A DNA stretch of 64,000 bases, taken from NCBI GenBank assembly GCA_938004185.1, contig CALKWN010000065.1, forward strand, positions 633,943-697,942. Reading direction: 5' to 3'. Origin of the DNA: an uncultured candidate division WWE3 bacterium (GTDB lineage Bacteria > Patescibacteriota > WWE3 > UBA101185 > UBA10185). How positions within the stretch are numbered: position 1 is the first letter of the stretch; every line of letters starts with the position of its first letter. A program made the position numbers and the translations under genes. The notes below the pieces were generated by a model, which made no database searches, was not told the DNA's origin, and saw nothing but the letters and a program-made list of their open reading frames with translations. Shown piece by piece: positions 38,234 through 46,950 of this stretch.

Positions 38234-40000
38234 TTAGAGAAAAGATTTTTTGAGTTTCTCAACTTTTTTTGTAAGTTTTAAAACCAGATCCCCATCTTTC
38301 TCCATTTCTGCGATCTTTATCTTCTCTGTAAGATCTTTAACCGCCCTTTTTGCGGAGTCTTTTTTGATTCTTTTAAATAAGCTTTCCAGCTCTCTTTCGA
38401 GCTGTTGAGTCGAATCAACCTCAATAATACCGTCAAAGTCCCAAATATAAAGTTCCGAGATATTGTCATGATAGGCTTCATCTGCCCTTTTTATGACTTG
38501 TTTGATGTTGAAAGATTTTTTGTCTTCTTTTAAATAGTCGACGAGCGACTTGAATATGTTAACCACTATGGGGTTTATAAAATCTTCAACGTCCATTTTA
38601 TACGCGTATTCTCGCATTGTGTCAATATCGGCCTTAAGTAAAAGGGCTATAAAGTAACCTTCCGGGTTGTCTCGTGAAAGTAACGGCAGCTTTTCGCTGT
38701 CTTCCTTGTAATTTTCATAAGAACCGGAGGGAACGCCGTTTTTAAACATCTCTATAACGGTTTCTTCCGAAAGATCCAGCTCGGTGGCTAATAATTTGGC
38801 GTAATGGTCAACTATAACAGGGTTTTTAATTTTTGAAAAAAGATCAGCAAGCGTCTCCAAAATAAGTTTCTTGCCCATTGCCGTATCTTTATTATTGGCT
38901 TTTATAGTGGTTGAAATGTAAAAGTCGTACACATCGACGGCGTCCTTTATTGCTTTTTTTGCCTTTTCAGGCTCTTTTTGAAGGATTTCGTCCAAATCTT
39001 TGTACGGGGAGGGTATCAGGGCAACTTTTATGTTAAAACCAAGCTTTTCAGCTATCTCTACCGCCCTGTATACTGCCGTAACACCGGCCGAATCGCTGTC
39101 CAAACAAAAGGTCAGGTCATTGGTGTAACGCTGCAGGATCTTGAACTGGGACTCTGCTAAAGCTGTTCCGGACGAAGCAATAACATTTTTTATACCGTGC
39201 TGGTATGCGCTTAAAACGTCCATCTGACCTTCAACAATGACTGCCCCCTGCTTTTTAATATCAATTTTGGCATTTACGAGATTGAATAAAAAAACGCTTT
39301 TATGAAAAACGGCGGTTTCTGCTGTATTTAGATACTTAGGCTCACGGTCAAATAAAGTTCTTCCGTTAAACCCCAAAATATTCCCATCGATTCCCTTGAA
39401 GGGAAAAACTACTCTTCCGCGGAATTTATCTATATAACCGCTACCCTTACTTCTTTCGTTAATAACACCGGCATCAAGCATTTCGTTTTCATGAATCCCC
39501 TGTTTTTTAAGAAATTTGTAAAGAGAGTCCCAGGTATCGGGAGCGTAACCTACCTGAAAAAAATCTATTGTGTCGTTTGTTAACTTCCTCTTTTGAGTAA
39601 GATACTCCATAGCCGGTTTTCCTTGAGGATGCTTGGTCAAAACGTAATGGTAGTATTTTGCTGAAAGGTTGTTAATTCTTTGAAGTTCTTTTCTTTTTGC
39701 CGATTCCGGATCGTAATCCTTCTTTTCTAGCACTACACCGGCCCTAGCTGCAAGCTGTTCTAAAGCTGCCGAAAACTCTACTCCCTCGATTTTTTCTACA
39801 AATTTAAAAATGTCTCCGGCTTCACCACAACCGAAACACTTAAATATTTGGAGCTCGGGAGAAACCATAAATGATGGGGTGTTTTCCGAATGGAAAGGAC
39901 ACACACCTTTGTAATTGCGTCCGGCTTTTTTTATCGTTACATATGAACCTACAAGGTCGACAATATCGATTTTTTGCTTGATTTCCGAAATCGTATCCAT
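38234..40000 (-). CDS. dnaG: DNA primase
   Basis: CPFH...CFGC zinc finger, PKYLN, EGQMD, DSDSAG. Confidence 0.97.
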   Translation of the reverse strand: MDTISEIKQKIDIVDLVGSYVTIKKAGRNYKGVCPFHSENTPSFMVSPELQIFKCFGCGEAGDIFKFVEKIEGVEFSAALEQLAARAGVVLEKKDYDPESAKRKELQRINNLSAKYYHYVLTKHPQGKPAMEYLTQKRKLTNDTIDFFQVGYAPDTWDSLYKFLKKQGIHENEMLDAGVINERSKGSGYIDKFRGRVVFPFKGIDGNILGFNGRTLFDREPKYLNTAETAVFHKSVFLFNLVNAKIDIKKQGAVIVEGQMDVLSAYQHGIKNVIASSGTALAESQFKILQRYTNDLTFCLDSDSAGVTAVYRAVEIAEKLGFNIKVALIPSPYKDLDEILQKEPEKAKKAIKDAVDVYDFYISTTIKANNKDTAMGKKLILETLADLFSKIKNPVIVDHYAKLLATELDLSEETVIEMFKNGVPSGSYENYKEDSEKLPLLSRDNPEGYFIALLLKADIDTMREYAYKMDVEDFINPIVVNIFKSLVDYLKEDKKSFNIKQVIKRADEAYHDNISELYIWDFDGIIEVDSTQQLERELESLFKRIKKDSAKRAVKDLTEKIKIAEMEKDGDLVLKLTKKVEKLKKSFL

Positions 40001-40073
40001 TGCTCTTTGTATAGCATACAGCAGATTAAATCACAAATAAAACCCAAAACGTGGGGGATCTGATGGAAATTTC

Positions 40074-40262
40074 TGGCGGAGGGAGAGGGGTTCGGTCACA
40101 TGTCTTTCGTTTGTAGCTCACCATGTTCGCAACATAAGAAAGCATTCGACCCCGCCTCAGTCGCCTTCGGCTCCTTCCGGCATTCTCACCCCACAACCAC
40201 ATCAAAAAAATACCCGGCAATAAATGCCGGTACTTTTTTGATGGCGGAGGGAGAGGGGTTCG
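40074..40262 (-). repeat. tRNA-Ser 3'-end duplication flanking a hairpin-rich insert
   Basis: 21 bp at 40074-40094 = 40242-40262. Confidence 0.85.
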
Positions 40263-40331
40263 AACCCTCGTGCCGCTTTCGCGACGCGTCGCTTTCCAGG
40301 CGAGCCGATTAGACCACTCTCGCATCCCTCC
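40242..40331 (-). tRNA. tRNA-Ser(GGA)
   Basis: GGAGGGA acceptor, loop CTGGAAA, long variable arm, G73-CCA. Confidence 0.93.
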
Positions 40332-40397
40332 ATAGCCGCAAGCAGTTATGATTTTAACATAAACACGAACTGTCCTAACCAAATTAGAAAGGCGGTT

Positions 40398-41477
40398 TTA
40401 AAGATACTTGTCGAGTTTTTTATTCCTAAGCTCGTTTTGAATATCTTTAATTTTGTCGGTTTTATCTTTGGGAACTATAAGCAAAGTATCGGCAGTATCA
40501 ACAACAACCATATCTTTTAAACCGAACACGGCAATAAGCTTTTCCGGATTATCGCTTTTTATTAGAGAACTCTTCGAATCCATGGCGATAACATTACCTT
40601 CTTTGTAAACCTGATCTTTGCGGGCAAAATATTCATAAAGTGAGTTCCATGTTCCTATGTCAACCCAATTGTAGTTAAGCTGGAGTATTAACGAATCCTT
40701 AAACAAGTGTCTGGTTACAATTTCGGTGGCCCCTGCCTCCATGTTTTGATATATAGCACCTATTCCATCAAAACTATTCGTCTCGCTCAAAACTTTTTTT
40801 ATTTCCATTAGTGCTGAGTACCAATCGGGTTTATATTTCTCGTAGGACTCGAGTAGCATGTTAGGGTACCAGCAATTATGGTTACTGTGTTTTACAACAT
40901 TAAAGTTTTCTATAAGTTCTTTTGTCTCGACGTAGTTTGAGCGGCGATCAACAAATTCTCTGGCCTCGTACACATCAACGCTTCCGTATGAACGAATTTT
41001 TTTACCGAGCTTAAGATAGTCAACCCCAAGATCGGGGTAAGTTACGGCAATTCCTCCGGAAATAAATTTTTTGTGTTCTTTTACCAGCTTTTCTGCTGTT
41101 TCTATTAACAACAGATAGTTATTTTCCGGAATTCTCACACAATCGGACTGAACTATCATAAACGGCTCACCAGGATATTTTATATCAGTAAAAACAACGG
41201 CAAGCCCGTCGGCGGGACCTCTGTTTTTAGCTGAATCAGGCTCAATGATGTAATTTTCTTCGGGTATCTCGGGAACCTGTTCCCGGGCAATTTCTAAGTA
41301 ACGCTCTTTAGTTGAAATAAGTATGTCTTCGGCACGGTACTTTCTTAAAAGAATTTTGATGTTGTAAGAAAAAAGGGATTCTCCGTTTAAAATTTTCTGA
41401 AATTGCTTGGGATTATTTTCTCTACTATATGGCCATAGTTTTGTGCCCTGGCCACCGGCACTGACAATAAATTTCAT
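40398..41477 (-). CDS. manC: Mannose-1-phosphate guanylyltransferase
   Basis: AGGQGTKLWPYSR...PKQF, WVDIGTW. Confidence 0.9.
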   Translation of the reverse strand: MKFIVSAGGQGTKLWPYSRENNPKQFQKILNGESLFSYNIKILLRKYRAEDILISTKERYLEIAREQVPEIPEENYIIEPDSAKNRGPADGLAVVFTDIKYPGEPFMIVQSDCVRIPENNYLLLIETAEKLVKEHKKFISGGIAVTYPDLGVDYLKLGKKIRSYGSVDVYEAREFVDRRSNYVETKELIENFNVVKHSNHNCWYPNMLLESYEKYKPDWYSALMEIKKVLSETNSFDGIGAIYQNMEAGATEIVTRHLFKDSLILQLNYNWVDIGTWNSLYEYFARKDQVYKEGNVIAMDSKSSLIKSDNPEKLIAVFGLKDMVVVDTADTLLIVPKDKTDKIKDIQNELRNKKLDKYL

Positions 41478-41504
41478 AATTCATTATACCAAGTCGCTTT
41501 AAAA

Positions 41505-42233
41505 CTATTCTCGGTTCATTGCCTTCTTTCTCAAACTCTGGGGCATTAATTCGATAGCATACCTCAAAGAAGTTCTAGGCATTTTCTTTTTGTTTTTCAA
41601 AACATATTTCAATACTTCGTCTCTGTGCTGACGGCTTTCTTCTTTAAGAAGCCAGCCGTAACCTTTTTGAACCATGTCTTCCTTGTCTTCCAATAAAATA
41701 TCCGAAATTTCAAAAGCGTCCTTAAGATACTTTCCTTTTTTGGCGGGAACTATAAGGCTGACCGCGGCCGCTCTTCTTAGCCATAAGTTTCTACTTTTAG
41801 CCCACGTTTTTAATCCTGCAATGTGTTTGGGAAATTTTTCTATAAATGCGCCGACGGCGTGGTTGCAAAAAGTGTCACACTCAGCCCAATTGTCTATATA
41901 CTTATCTATCCAACGCTCAAAAACTTTAAAATCCGCCTCTTCGTAAGTCGCGAACCAATAAGCCCAATTAGCCGCCACCCAAGACTCCTCACAATAACCA
42001 GATTTAAAAAGCTCCTCACAAACTTCATATATTTGTTTTTTGCTAAGGTTTCGAGAATCAGAAAAACCGACCTTCCCAACCTTTAAAACATCCGCAGACC
42101 TCACCCCGTGGCGTAAGACAGGGTTTTTAAAAAATCGTTGAAAACTTTTTTTAGACTCCGGCGTAGAAAATTTTTTAAGTTCTTTTCTAATGGAAAGGAC
42201 GGTTTCAGTAACATCATTTTTTTCTGAGGTCAT
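41505..42233 (-). CDS. DNA alkylation repair protein (AlkD-like)
   Basis: DNWAECD, WLRRAA, DMVQKGYGWLL, RYAIE. Confidence 0.88.
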   Translation of the reverse strand: MTSEKNDVTETVLSIRKELKKFSTPESKKSFQRFFKNPVLRHGVRSADVLKVGKVGFSDSRNLSKKQIYEVCEELFKSGYCEESWVAANWAYWFATYEEADFKVFERWIDKYIDNWAECDTFCNHAVGAFIEKFPKHIAGLKTWAKSRNLWLRRAAAVSLIVPAKKGKYLKDAFEISDILLEDKEDMVQKGYGWLLKEESRQHRDEVLKYVLKNKKKMPRTSLRYAIELMPQSLRKKAMNRE

Positions 42234-42285
42234 AAAAGGATTTTACTCCCGATATACCCGGGGACAAAATATGTATAATGGGGTC

Positions 42286-42960
42286 ATGAGCGCATTCTCT
42301 ATAAAGATTATTGCTCTGCTTACAATGGTTCTGGACCACACGGGAATTTTTCTGTTTCCTAATGTTTTTTGGCTGAGATCGGTCGGGCGCCTATCCTTCC
42401 CTCTTTTTGCCTGGCTTATTTCAAACGGCGCAAAACATACTAAAAACTTTAATGCTTATATTAGAAGGTTGTTTATTTTCGGCTTAGTATCCCAGATACC
42501 GTTTTTACTGGCCAACAGAACCGTGCAACCCGATTTTTCCGATCTGAATATAATGTTCACCCTGCTTACCGGACTTCTGGCTATAAAGGTATGGATTTCG
42601 GCCCTGGGAAAATCCAAAAAATATTTTTTAATCTTTTTGTTGGTGGCGGTTTCACACATAACAAAGATGGACTACGGGCCTGCAGGCGTCCTTTCAATTT
42701 TATTCTTTTATATTTTCTCGGAAAGCTCGTGGAAAATGTTACTATCTCAAGTCGTTGCATTTACATTGGTTTTTCCGTTGCAAGTGAGTTTGCGGGAAGG
42801 TCAAATTAATTTCTTTAATTTATTTCAAAGCCTGGCGCTTTTCTCGTTAATATTTATAGGACAGTATAATTTTAAACCTGGACCGAGAGTTAAGTATCTT
42901 TTTTACATTTTCTATCCCGTGCATTTTATTGTTTTTTATGTTTTGAGAATGCTTTATTAA
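42286..42960 (+). CDS. TraX-family membrane protein (pilin acetylase-like)
   Basis: IALLTMVLDH, GRLSFPLF, DYG, FYIFYPVH. Confidence 0.85.
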   Translation: MSAFSIKIIALLTMVLDHTGIFLFPNVFWLRSVGRLSFPLFAWLISNGAKHTKNFNAYIRRLFIFGLVSQIPFLLANRTVQPDFSDLNIMFTLLTGLLAIKVWISALGKSKKYFLIFLLVAVSHITKMDYGPAGVLSILFFYIFSESSWKMLLSQVVAFTLVFPLQVSLREGQINFFNLFQSLALFSLIFIGQYNFKPGPRVKYLFYIFYPVHFIVFYVLRMLY

Positions 42961-42987
42961 AGAGTAGGGGGTTTGGGCGAATTTAAT

Positions 42988-43083
42988 TTATTTCCCGGGT
43001 TTGTTTCCAATTAAAACCAGCAAAAGCACAATAACAGCAAAAAGTCCAAACCCGACATAAAAAAGAAGAAGTGAGTCATTCAT
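42988..43083 (-). CDS. 31-aa single-TM microprotein
   Basis: ATGA overlap with the upstream ORF; MNDSLLLFYVGFGLFAVIVLLLVLIGNKPGK. Confidence 0.45.
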   Translation of the reverse strand: MNDSLLLFYVGFGLFAVIVLLLVLIGNKPGK

Positions 43084-43271
43084 AATGATATTCTCTCAAA
43101 TTTTAATGAAATCCACCACGACGATAGGGTCATTAAAATACCCAGTAAAATCAATGGTGCTTCGGGAGTACTTACCAAGGGAGCCAGTACTAAAGTACTT
43201 AGTAAGATCTGCCCCGCATTATCAAAAATGTTAGAGAACCTTTTCAACTGAGGTTTTGTAAATAAATCCAC
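43080..43271 (-). CDS. Small 2-TM protein
   Basis: 63 aa, hydrophobic, downstream of tRNA-Ser(CGA). Confidence 0.55.
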   Translation of the reverse strand: MDLFTKPQLKRFSNIFDNAGQILLSTLVLAPLVSTPEAPLILLGILMTLSSWWISLKFERISL

Positions 43272-43353
43272 ACCACTATAGTAGAGGGATTTTTACAGAG
43301 GGAAAGACGTTTGAGTCTAATAAAAATAGATATTTAACCGTACTACTTTTCAC

Positions 43354-43444
43354 TGGCGGAGGGAGTGGGATTCGAACCCACGTGTGAGTTGCCCCACGCT
43401 TGGTTTTCGAGACCAGCCCGGTATGACCGCTTCGGTATCCCTCC
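43354..43444 (-). tRNA. tRNA-Ser(CGA)
   Basis: Loop CTCGAAA, long variable arm, CCA. Confidence 0.92.
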
Positions 43445-43496
43445 GAGTCGAGTAAAGTATACAACATTGGTATTATAATGGCATCCGCTCATAAAT

Positions 43497-43805
43497 ATGG
43501 AAAAAGGCAATTTTAAAGAAAACGTACTCTGTGAGGTTAGAAAAATCCCAAAAGGCTTCGTAGCAAGTTATGGTCGCATTGCTTTACTGGCGGGAAACCC
43601 CCGTGGAGCCAGAGAAGTTGGGTGGATTCTTAGTAGAAATGGAAACGACGGAATTACTCCGTGGTGGAGAGTCATAAATTCGAAGGGGTACGTAAGTATC
43701 AAAAACCCCGAAATTGCGGCCTCAGAACAAAAACAATTGTTGGAAATAGAAGAAGTGGGGGTGTCTGAAGATTTTTCATTGAAAGAGCCTATTCCTTGGT
43801 ACTAG
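43497..43805 (+). CDS. Alkyltransferase-like protein (ATL/YbaZ)
   Basis: SYGRIA, AREVG, PWWRV (Trp in place of the catalytic Cys of PCHRV). Confidence 0.85.
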   Translation: MEKGNFKENVLCEVRKIPKGFVASYGRIALLAGNPRGAREVGWILSRNGNDGITPWWRVINSKGYVSIKNPEIAASEQKQLLEIEEVGVSEDFSLKEPIPWY

Positions 43806-43814
43806 ACGCTTACC

Positions 43815-43987
43815 TTGGTGGACCGTAGCGGAATAAGAGCTTGCTCGTTCGTTACACTCACTGCGCTTCCTCATACATCCGTCTGCGACGGATGAAGAAC
43901 CACAAAGTAGTTTGACGCGTTAGATCACACAAACAATCGGCTGCTGCCTTTGGCAACATCCGCTTGTTTGGTGGACCGTAGCGGAAT
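43815..43987 (-). repeat. tRNA-Ala 3'-end duplication flanking a hairpin-rich insert
   Basis: 20 bp at 43815-43834 = 43968-43987. Confidence 0.85.
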
Positions 43988-44044
43988 CGAACCGCTGATC
44001 TCCGCAATGCGAATGCGGCGCTCTACCAACTGAGCTAACGGCCC
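43969..44044 (-). tRNA. tRNA-Ala(CGC)
   Basis: G3:U70 pair, loop TTCGCAT. Confidence 0.94.
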
Positions 44045-44076
44045 CCAAAAAACATTATACCTACAGCTTACTTTAA

Positions 44077-44254
44077 CCGAAATTCACTGGCGCACCCGGA
44101 GGGACTCGCCTTCCGGTTCGCAACTGCTGTTGCGACCTGCAGGCCGGGCTCGGCGCCGTCGCGCCTGCGCCATTCGAGTCTTCAAGTACACAAAGTAAAT
44201 TTCGTAAGTACCTTCGGCACTTCCGAAATTCACTGGCGCACCCGGAGGGACTCG
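44077..44254 (-). repeat. tRNA-Arg 3'-end duplication flanking a hairpin-rich insert
   Basis: 32 bp at 44077-44108 = 44223-44254. Confidence 0.88.
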
Positions 44255-44309
44255 AACCCCCGACTTCAGCGTCCGCAACGCTGCGTTCTATCCTCTGAAC
44301 TACGGGTGC
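44234..44309 (-). tRNA. tRNA-Arg(GCG)
   Basis: GCACCCG acceptor, loop TTGCGGA. Confidence 0.92.
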
Positions 44310-44360
44310 ACGGAACAACGGGCACACCGAAATACAAACATGAAAGTACCGGCAGGGTGA

Positions 44361-44942
44361 TTATATATTAAATTTGCCTTTTACGTCCTCGAATATCTTG
44401 TCCAGAAAAGACATGGGTTCCACAGACAAGAAGTCTAGATGCTTATTTAAAGCCTGAATTATTCTGTCCCTATCTTCCGGTTTGTAACTGAAAAAAAGTC
44501 GGCCGGGAAGGTAATTGTGCGTATCTACGACAAGGATCTCACCGCCGGCGACCTGCTTAAAAAAGAATCTTCTTAAGGCGTGCCAATAATACATGGTTTC
44601 GCCATATTTAATACCGTGATTTGAAACCTGAATGTGAACAGAGTGCTCAGGCAATCTGTTTAAAGAAATTACAAAAAATATCAAACTTCCCACTACTAAT
44701 ATAAGCCAGAACTCCTCCATAACAATTAACAAAAGTGCAATAAATATCGCGATAATAATAAAGGTTCTGGAAAATCTTTTGTTTAAATCCCTGATCTCAG
44801 CTTTAACTATAGAATCCCATTCCAAATACATTTCCTTCGGTCCTAAAGTTTGCGGATCGAATTCCTCGGTTCTCTGACCTTCCGAAGGCTTTTGATTAGA
44901 CAAGCCGAATATTCCAAGTATTTTTGATAATGACGGTTGCAT
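44361..44942 (-). CDS. Conserved 2-TM protein with PH-like C-terminal domain
   Basis: Two TMs, then GIKYGETMYYWHALRRF; family inferred. Confidence 0.55.
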   Translation of the reverse strand: MQPSLSKILGIFGLSNQKPSEGQRTEEFDPQTLGPKEMYLEWDSIVKAEIRDLNKRFSRTFIIIAIFIALLLIVMEEFWLILVVGSLIFFVISLNRLPEHSVHIQVSNHGIKYGETMYYWHALRRFFFKQVAGGEILVVDTHNYLPGRLFFSYKPEDRDRIIQALNKHLDFLSVEPMSFLDKIFEDVKGKFNI

Positions 44943-45020
44943 GTTTTAATAATAGTTTTTTTGGGCGGGTTTAGCAACGTTGTATGAAATACGCGCTACA
45001 TTTTGCACGAGGATTGTATT

Positions 45021-45107
45021 TGGCGGAGGGTACAGGATTCGAACCTGTGGCCGGTATTAGCCGGCACGGCTTAGCAAGCCGCTGCATTACCGCTCTGCCA
45101 ACCCTCC
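45021..45107 (-). tRNA. tRNA-Ser(GCT)
   Basis: Loop TTGCTAA, long variable arm. Confidence 0.93.
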
Positions 45108-45124
45108 GCGGCTAATGTATTATA

Positions 45125-45829
45125 TCAGAACAACGGTGCACGAATCTTTAAACGTTTGCTTAAAGCGAAACACTGCACATTATCAACCCCCGCTTCGTAC
45201 AAAGCTCTCGAGCACTCGAGAAATGTGGCGCCCGTAGTGCATATATCGTCAACTAACAATATTTTTTTGTTTTCCAGCGATGACTTGTTATTAACACCAA
45301 AAGCCCCTGCCAAATTACTTCTTCGATCAATCCTTCCTTTTGAGTGCTGAGCCTCCGTACTCCTTGTTCTGACAAGAATATCCTTTCTCAAATTTAGGTT
45401 CATTACGCGCGATATTTCTTCCGCGACCATGTTGGCCTGATTGAAACCGCGTGTTTGAAGTTTTTTGGGACTGGATGGAACGGGTAAGCACAAATCCACC
45501 CCGAACTTGCCCCACAATTCAAGACAAATTATTGCGGCTTCAGTACATAATTTTTTGAGGCTCATAAATTGTTTTGCCCCATATTTTGAGAATTTAATAC
45601 AATCACGTACTTTGTCGGCATAGGAATAAATACAAATGGTTCGAGATGGGATTTCATGGTTTTGACAAAAATTGTGAGTACAGCCGTTTTCAGACGGCTT
45701 GTCACAAACTATACAATACTGGTTTTCTAGTAAAGAACATTCGGCGAGACATGTTTCACAAAATATATCGCCTATTTTTCCACAAAAAAGACATTTTGGG
45801 GGGAATAAGTATTTTAAAATGTTTTCCAT
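45125..45829 (-). CDS. comF: ComF family protein
   Basis: Double zinc ribbon, RGFNQ, LLVDDICTTGAT. Confidence 0.9.
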   Translation of the reverse strand: MENILKYLFPPKCLFCGKIGDIFCETCLAECSLLENQYCIVCDKPSENGCTHNFCQNHEIPSRTICIYSYADKVRDCIKFSKYGAKQFMSLKKLCTEAAIICLELWGKFGVDLCLPVPSSPKKLQTRGFNQANMVAEEISRVMNLNLRKDILVRTRSTEAQHSKGRIDRRSNLAGAFGVNNKSSLENKKILLVDDICTTGATFLECSRALYEAGVDNVQCFALSKRLKIRAPLF

Positions 45830-45984
45830 ATGTTATCCACAATCCTGTTTTAATCGTTACTACAACAATATTAAATAAGTAGCCCTATAGTTTTAGATAA
45901 ACGGTGCCCTGTAGTAATAGTAGGGTTTGGCGTATTTTTGTATAGAGTCGGTTTTCTAGGGAAATTAGGAATATTAAAATTTCA

Positions 45985-46370
45985 TGGTGGAGATGGGGGG
46001 AATCGAACCCCCGTCTTGAGAACTTTTCATACAGCGTCTACAAGCATATTCAAACTTTTCTTAAGTAAGGCGGGTGTTTGAAATACCCTTAAACCTTACT
46101 GCAGGCGAAGTTGTTCGGATTTTTCATCCCCGGCGTATTCGCATCGCCAATACAAACATGCCTCATCCCGGATTTATTAGACCCCGAAAACCCTCCCGGG
46201 CAAAGATATCGGAATCCGCAGCGTTAATAAATTAAGCTGCTACGGCGGCCATTGCTGGTACGCCTACAAATGCGTCTTTATCGGCATTTATTGTTTTGCT
46301 AAATTTGAGGGTTCAGCTCCCCTGCCTGCAACTGCATAAATTAGGACTCAATCAAATCCTGGGCATCCCC
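45985..46370 (-). ncRNA. ssrA: tmRNA
   Basis: GGGGATG/CATCTCC-A-CCA acceptor with G3:U; T-arm; tag ADKDAFVGVPAMAAVAA* (46232-46285); adjacent smpB. Confidence 0.92.
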
Positions 46371-46441
46371 TTTTTAAAGTACGGGGCTATTTTACCATAT
46401 AAAAAGCGTATTTAAAACTGTGGTTAAAGGAAAAACGGACG

Positions 46442-46906
46442 CTATCGGGACATAATTTCTTTTGATTCACGCTCGAGATCGCGCTGGATTTGTCTGTCTT
46501 TTGCCACAACTTTCTTTTCCCATTCTTTCTTACCTTTTGCAACGGCAAATTCCAGTTTAATGTTTCCGTTTTTTAGCACCAGCGCCAATGGGACGGCAGT
46601 TTTTCCCTTCTCGGAAATGGCCCTTGAGACTTCAGCTATCTCATTTTTGTTCAGTAAAAGCGCTCTACTCCTCTTTTCGTCAGCTTCGGAAATGTCGCGT
46701 GACTGCTTGGAATACCTACCGATATATAAATTTTCGACAAAAAGCCGGCCGTCCTGTCCATTTATATAAGATCCTTCAAAACTCACTTTTCCTTCTCTTA
46801 TGGCTTTAACTTCGTAACCTCTCAAGACCAATCCCGCAGTGTAGGTTTCGAGAACCGAAAAGTTGTGCAGAGCCTTCTTATTTTTTGCTATTACATATAA
46901 TCCCAT
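46442..46906 (-). CDS. smpB: SsrA-binding protein
   Basis: NKKALHNF, AGLVLRGYEVKAIR, AKGKK; start reassigned to MGLY. Confidence 0.95.
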   Translation of the reverse strand: MGLYVIAKNKKALHNFSVLETYTAGLVLRGYEVKAIREGKVSFEGSYINGQDGRLFVENLYIGRYSKQSRDISEADEKRSRALLLNKNEIAEVSRAISEKGKTAVPLALVLKNGNIKLEFAVAKGKKEWEKKVVAKDRQIQRDLERESKEIMSR

Positions 46907-46950
46907 CAAACTCATTTTATCAGGTTAATGATATAATTTAAGCGAAAGTT

